A stretch of DNA of 64,000 nt from the NCBI GenBank assembly GCA_035316025.1, contig DATFXL010000048.1, forward strand, positions 5,382-69,381. The letters are read 5' to 3'. Origin of the DNA: Acidimicrobiia bacterium. Lineage in GTDB: Bacteria > Actinomycetota > Acidimicrobiia > IMCC26256 > JACDBD01. Below the pieces are notes generated by a model. That model did no database searches. It saw nothing but the letters and a program-made list of their open reading frames with translations, and was not told the origin of the DNA. The number at the start of each line of letters is the position of its first letter. Position 1 is the stretch's first letter. The translations under genes were made by a program, and so were the position numbers. Below, piece by piece: positions 61,691 to 64,000 of the stretch.

Positions 61691-62956
61691 TCAGCAGTGG
61701 TCGCCGTAGCCGCGCTCTTTGAGCATGGCATCGAGGCGGACCGGCTTGAGGTCACGGCGCTCGAGCCCGTCGAGAATCAACGGGAGGGCGCGTACGAGCA
61801 CCGAGCGGTCGGCGGTCACGCTTCCGTCGAGGCCGTCGTGCAGGACGATGATCGAGCCCGGCTCGACGCCGCCGAGGATGCGCCGCGCGACGAGCTGGGC
61901 GTCCTTCGTCTTCCAGTCCCCGGCCGACACCTCCCAGCCGACCATGGTCATGCCGTGGTCGCCGACGACGTGCGCCAGGAACGGCGTGTGCTGGCCGTGG
62001 GGTGCGCGGTAGAAGGTAGGGCAGACCCCGAGTCGATCCCGGAACGCCTGCTGCGTGCGCTCGAGCTCGGGATAGCGGGGATCGAGCCACCGCCAGGAGT
62101 CGTGATGGAACGAGTGGTTGCCGAGCAGATGACCGTCGGCGCGCAACGCCCGGGCGATGTCGGGTCGGCGGTCGAGCGCCTTCCCGACCATGAAGAACGT
62201 CCCCTTGGCGTCGTGCTCGTCGAGGATGCGGGCGACACGGAGCGTGTACGGGTCATCGGGACCGTCGTCGAAGGTGAACGACACCTCCCGGACGTCCCGG
62301 GGCCCGTGGGCGACCTGCGATCCGAACCACGTCACGGTCGGCGAGTTGGCGCCGACCCAGAAGGTCACCCCGCCCACGAGCACCACGCCCACGGTCGCCG
62401 CCGCCCGCACCGAGCCCGGCGTCCGCCGCCCCCTGGCGGGGCGCAGCCTGCCGGCCACGCCGATCCCGGCCAAGGCCACGCCGTCGATCAGTCCCGTCCA
62501 GGCGGTGCCGTGGACCCCGTCGACGCCGACGATCAGGGCCAGGAGCACCATCCCGAGCCCGGCGCCGCCGATCGCCTCACGGCCCTGCACCGCCCCGATC
62601 CCGGCGCCGGCCAGCCCCACCCCGACCCCGAGGCCGACGCCGAGGATCACCGTCGTCGGCGCCACGTCGAACTGCGGGAGCAGCCAGCCGGCCACCGCCA
62701 CGAGCAGCCCACCCAGGACGGCGAGCGGCGCCCCGGGCCGGCCCGACCGCCGGGCGACCCATCGAGCCGCCACCACTGCGGCCCCGACGGCGCCGGCGGC
62801 GAGGATGAGGCTGGTCGGCGACCGGTCGGCGGCCACGGCAGGGACGGCGGGCAGGGCGAGAGCGGTCGCCGCCAGGCCTCGTAACCCCCGCAGCGGGGGC
62901 GGGTCTGAAGCCTCGGAGGGCCAGGGCCCGGGAGCCGGGGTTTCAGGCCCCGTCAC
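61691..62956 (-). CDS. polysaccharide deacetylase (NodB homology domain) with N-terminal multi-TM region
   Basis: Track ORF 61691..62956 with a GTG start. About 200 aa of glycine-rich TM segments are followed by FTFDDGPD, GNHSFHH, YRAPHG and IVLHDG. Confidence 0.85.
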   Translation of the reverse strand: MTGPETPAPGPWPSEASDPPPLRGLRGLAATALALPAVPAVAADRSPTSLILAAGAVGAAVVAARWVARRSGRPGAPLAVLGGLLVAVAGWLLPQFDVAPTTVILGVGLGVGVGLAGAGIGAVQGREAIGGAGLGMVLLALIVGVDGVHGTAWTGLIDGVALAGIGVAGRLRPARGRRTPGSVRAAATVGVVLVGGVTFWVGANSPTVTWFGSQVAHGPRDVREVSFTFDDGPDDPYTLRVARILDEHDAKGTFFMVGKALDRRPDIARALRADGHLLGNHSFHHDSWRWLDPRYPELERTQQAFRDRLGVCPTFYRAPHGQHTPFLAHVVGDHGMTMVGWEVSAGDWKTKDAQLVARRILGGVEPGSIIVLHDGLDGSVTADRSVLVRALPLILDGLERRDLKPVRLDAMLKERGYGDHC

Positions 62957-63023
62957 GGCTATCGTTCCTCAGTCCGAGCGACTGGGGCGCCGCGGCCGGG
63001 CAGGAGCGTCGGAGGAGGAGAAG

Positions 63024-64000
63024 TTGCAAGGGCCTTTCGGCGCAAGGAGCCTCCGGCTTCGAACGGCGGGAGCGCCGGCGAACGCCGTCGAGCACGCAGG
63101 CACACCGCAAGCCGGCAAGATCGTAGCGGCGCTCGTCGTCGTCATCTGGGCGGTCGTCCTGTCGCTGATCCTGCGCCAACGCGTGTTCGTCTCACACGAC
63201 TCGATCAGCAACTACGGACACGTGTGGTGGGTGAGCGACCGGTTCTGGGAAGGCCACGGCATCCCCTTCCACATGCCGGTGATCGGGCACGGCAAGGCGT
63301 TCGCGTTCCCGTACGGCTTCCTGCCCTGGTTCACCGCCGCGCTCCTCCACCCCCTGCTCGGCGACTGGGTGGTCACGCTCTGGCTCGTGCTCGGCTTCCT
63401 CGGGCTCGTCGCCGCCATGTTCTGGGCCTTCCCCGAGATCCGCCACGGCTGGTGGGCGGCGATCGCGCTCGTGAACCCGGCCCTCGTGATCGCGCCGATC
63501 ACCGGGCAGCTGCCCTTCATCTGGAGCTCGGCGCTCCTCATGGCCGCGATCGGGTGCTGGAGGCGGCAGCGCTACGTCGAGGCCGCCATCCTCGCCGGGA
63601 TCGGCCAGGCCACCCATCCCGCCGTCCTGCTCCCCCTGGCCCTGTGTCTCGTCCTCGGACGATTGCGCTGGGAGCCCGAACGACGCCAGCTCCTCCGCTT
63701 CTACGGCATCTCGTTGCTCATTGCTCTGCCCGCGGCCTGGATCGTGTTCGTGTCGCCGGTCTTCGTCGACAGTTCGGGATGGGTGATCGTCAGCAACTTC
63801 TTCGGCACGCTCATCGTGCGTGCGTTCGTGTTCGCGGTCCCCTTCCTCCTCATCATGTTCCAGCACCTCCAGAAGCGGATCCAGAAGTCGTGGCTGCCCG
63901 TCGCGCTGTTCATGTTGACGCTCGTGCTGAACCCAGCCGTCGGCGGCGTGCTCCAGGCGCGGTACGCGTGGGGAGCGCTGAACCGCAAACCCAACACCGA
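63024..64000 (+). CDS. polytopic membrane protein, 5' part only (runs off the right edge); possibly a GT-C-type glycosyltransferase
   Basis: Absent from the ORF track because it is open-ended. The TTG at 63024 lies 3-6 nt after GGAGGAGGAG. My translation gives ...KIVAALVVVIWAVVLSLILRQRVFVSHDSISNYGHVWWVSDRFWEGHGIPFHMPVIGHGKAFAFPYGFLPWFTAALLHPLLGDWVVTLWLVLGFLGLVAAMFW..., with at least 8 hydrophobic segments and no stops to 64000. Confidence 0.6.
   Translation, partial: MQGPFGARSLRLRTAGAPANAVEHAGTPQAGKIVAALVVVIWAVVLSLILRQRVFVSHDSISNYGHVWWVSDRFWEGHGIPFHMPVIGHGKAFAFPYGFLPWFTAALLHPLLGDWVVTLWLVLGFLGLVAAMFWAFPEIRHGWWAAIALVNPALVIAPITGQLPFIWSSALLMAAIGCWRRQRYVEAAILAGIGQATHPAVLLPLALCLVLGRLRWEPERRQLLRFYGISLLIALPAAWIVFVSPVFVDSSGWVIVSNFFGTLIVRAFVFAVPFLLIMFQHLQKRIQKSWLPVALFMLTLVLNPAVGGVLQARYAWGALNRKPNT

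Noticed and set aside
1-64000. Mobile elements, prophage, genomic island boundaries, tRNA/rRNA and riboswitches.
   Set aside because: I found no transposase, integrase, recombinase or phage-like ORFs, no long terminal inverted or direct repeats, and no tRNA-like cloverleaf in the short intergenic gaps. I saw no obvious compositional shift by eye. A systematic scan (tRNAscan, Infernal/Rfam, GC-skew) was not possible here.

Overview
This is 64 kb of very GC-rich (about 70% by eye), almost gap-free coding DNA from a bacterial chromosome. It is most likely an actinobacterium: it carries an F420-type LLM oxidoreductase, a Ddn-like deazaflavin enzyme, dodecin, Ku plus a stand-alone LigD polymerase domain, a DUF4333 lipoprotein and an Rpf-like transglycosylase domain, with many GTG/TTG starts and 1-4 nt start/stop overlaps. 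I resolve about 68 protein-coding genes, one 4-copy 66/67-bp intergenic tandem repeat and a few candidate regulatory palindromes. I saw no rRNA, tRNA, CRISPR array, transposase, integrase or phage genes. Because of the GC content, the ORF track is dominated by long antisense or merged ORFs rich in R/A/G/P. I chose real genes by protein-like composition and recognisable family motifs. I trimmed starts using the stop of the upstream gene, Shine-Dalgarno-like purine runs and overlap patterns, so many starts are uncertain by a few codons. Gene content is mostly metabolism: acyl-CoA metabolism (two acyl-CoA ligases, two acyl-CoA dehydrogenases, thiolase, enoyl-CoA hydratase, several hotdog thioesterases/dehydratases) and many small oxidoreductases and hydrolases. 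There is also an atypical Liv-like ABC importer, NHEJ genes, two envelope sugar-modification loci and one AbiE-like toxin-antitoxin pair. Four things stand out. (1) A Prx-like thioredoxin-fold gene (31295-31762, minus) has an in-frame TGA exactly at the first Cys of its CxxC motif and a SECIS-compatible hairpin; it is a candidate selenoprotein that the ORF track splits. (2) A 996-aa MFS-LivF-LivG triple fusion sits inside the ABC operon. (3) A MIRU-like tandem repeat also supplies the stop codon of the adjacent amidohydrolase gene. (4) A DUF4097 protein, a minimal class III cyclase and a DUF4333 lipoprotein form one operon; the first two genes overlap by 4 nt. All family assignments come from motif recognition by eye; no database search or folding program was run.
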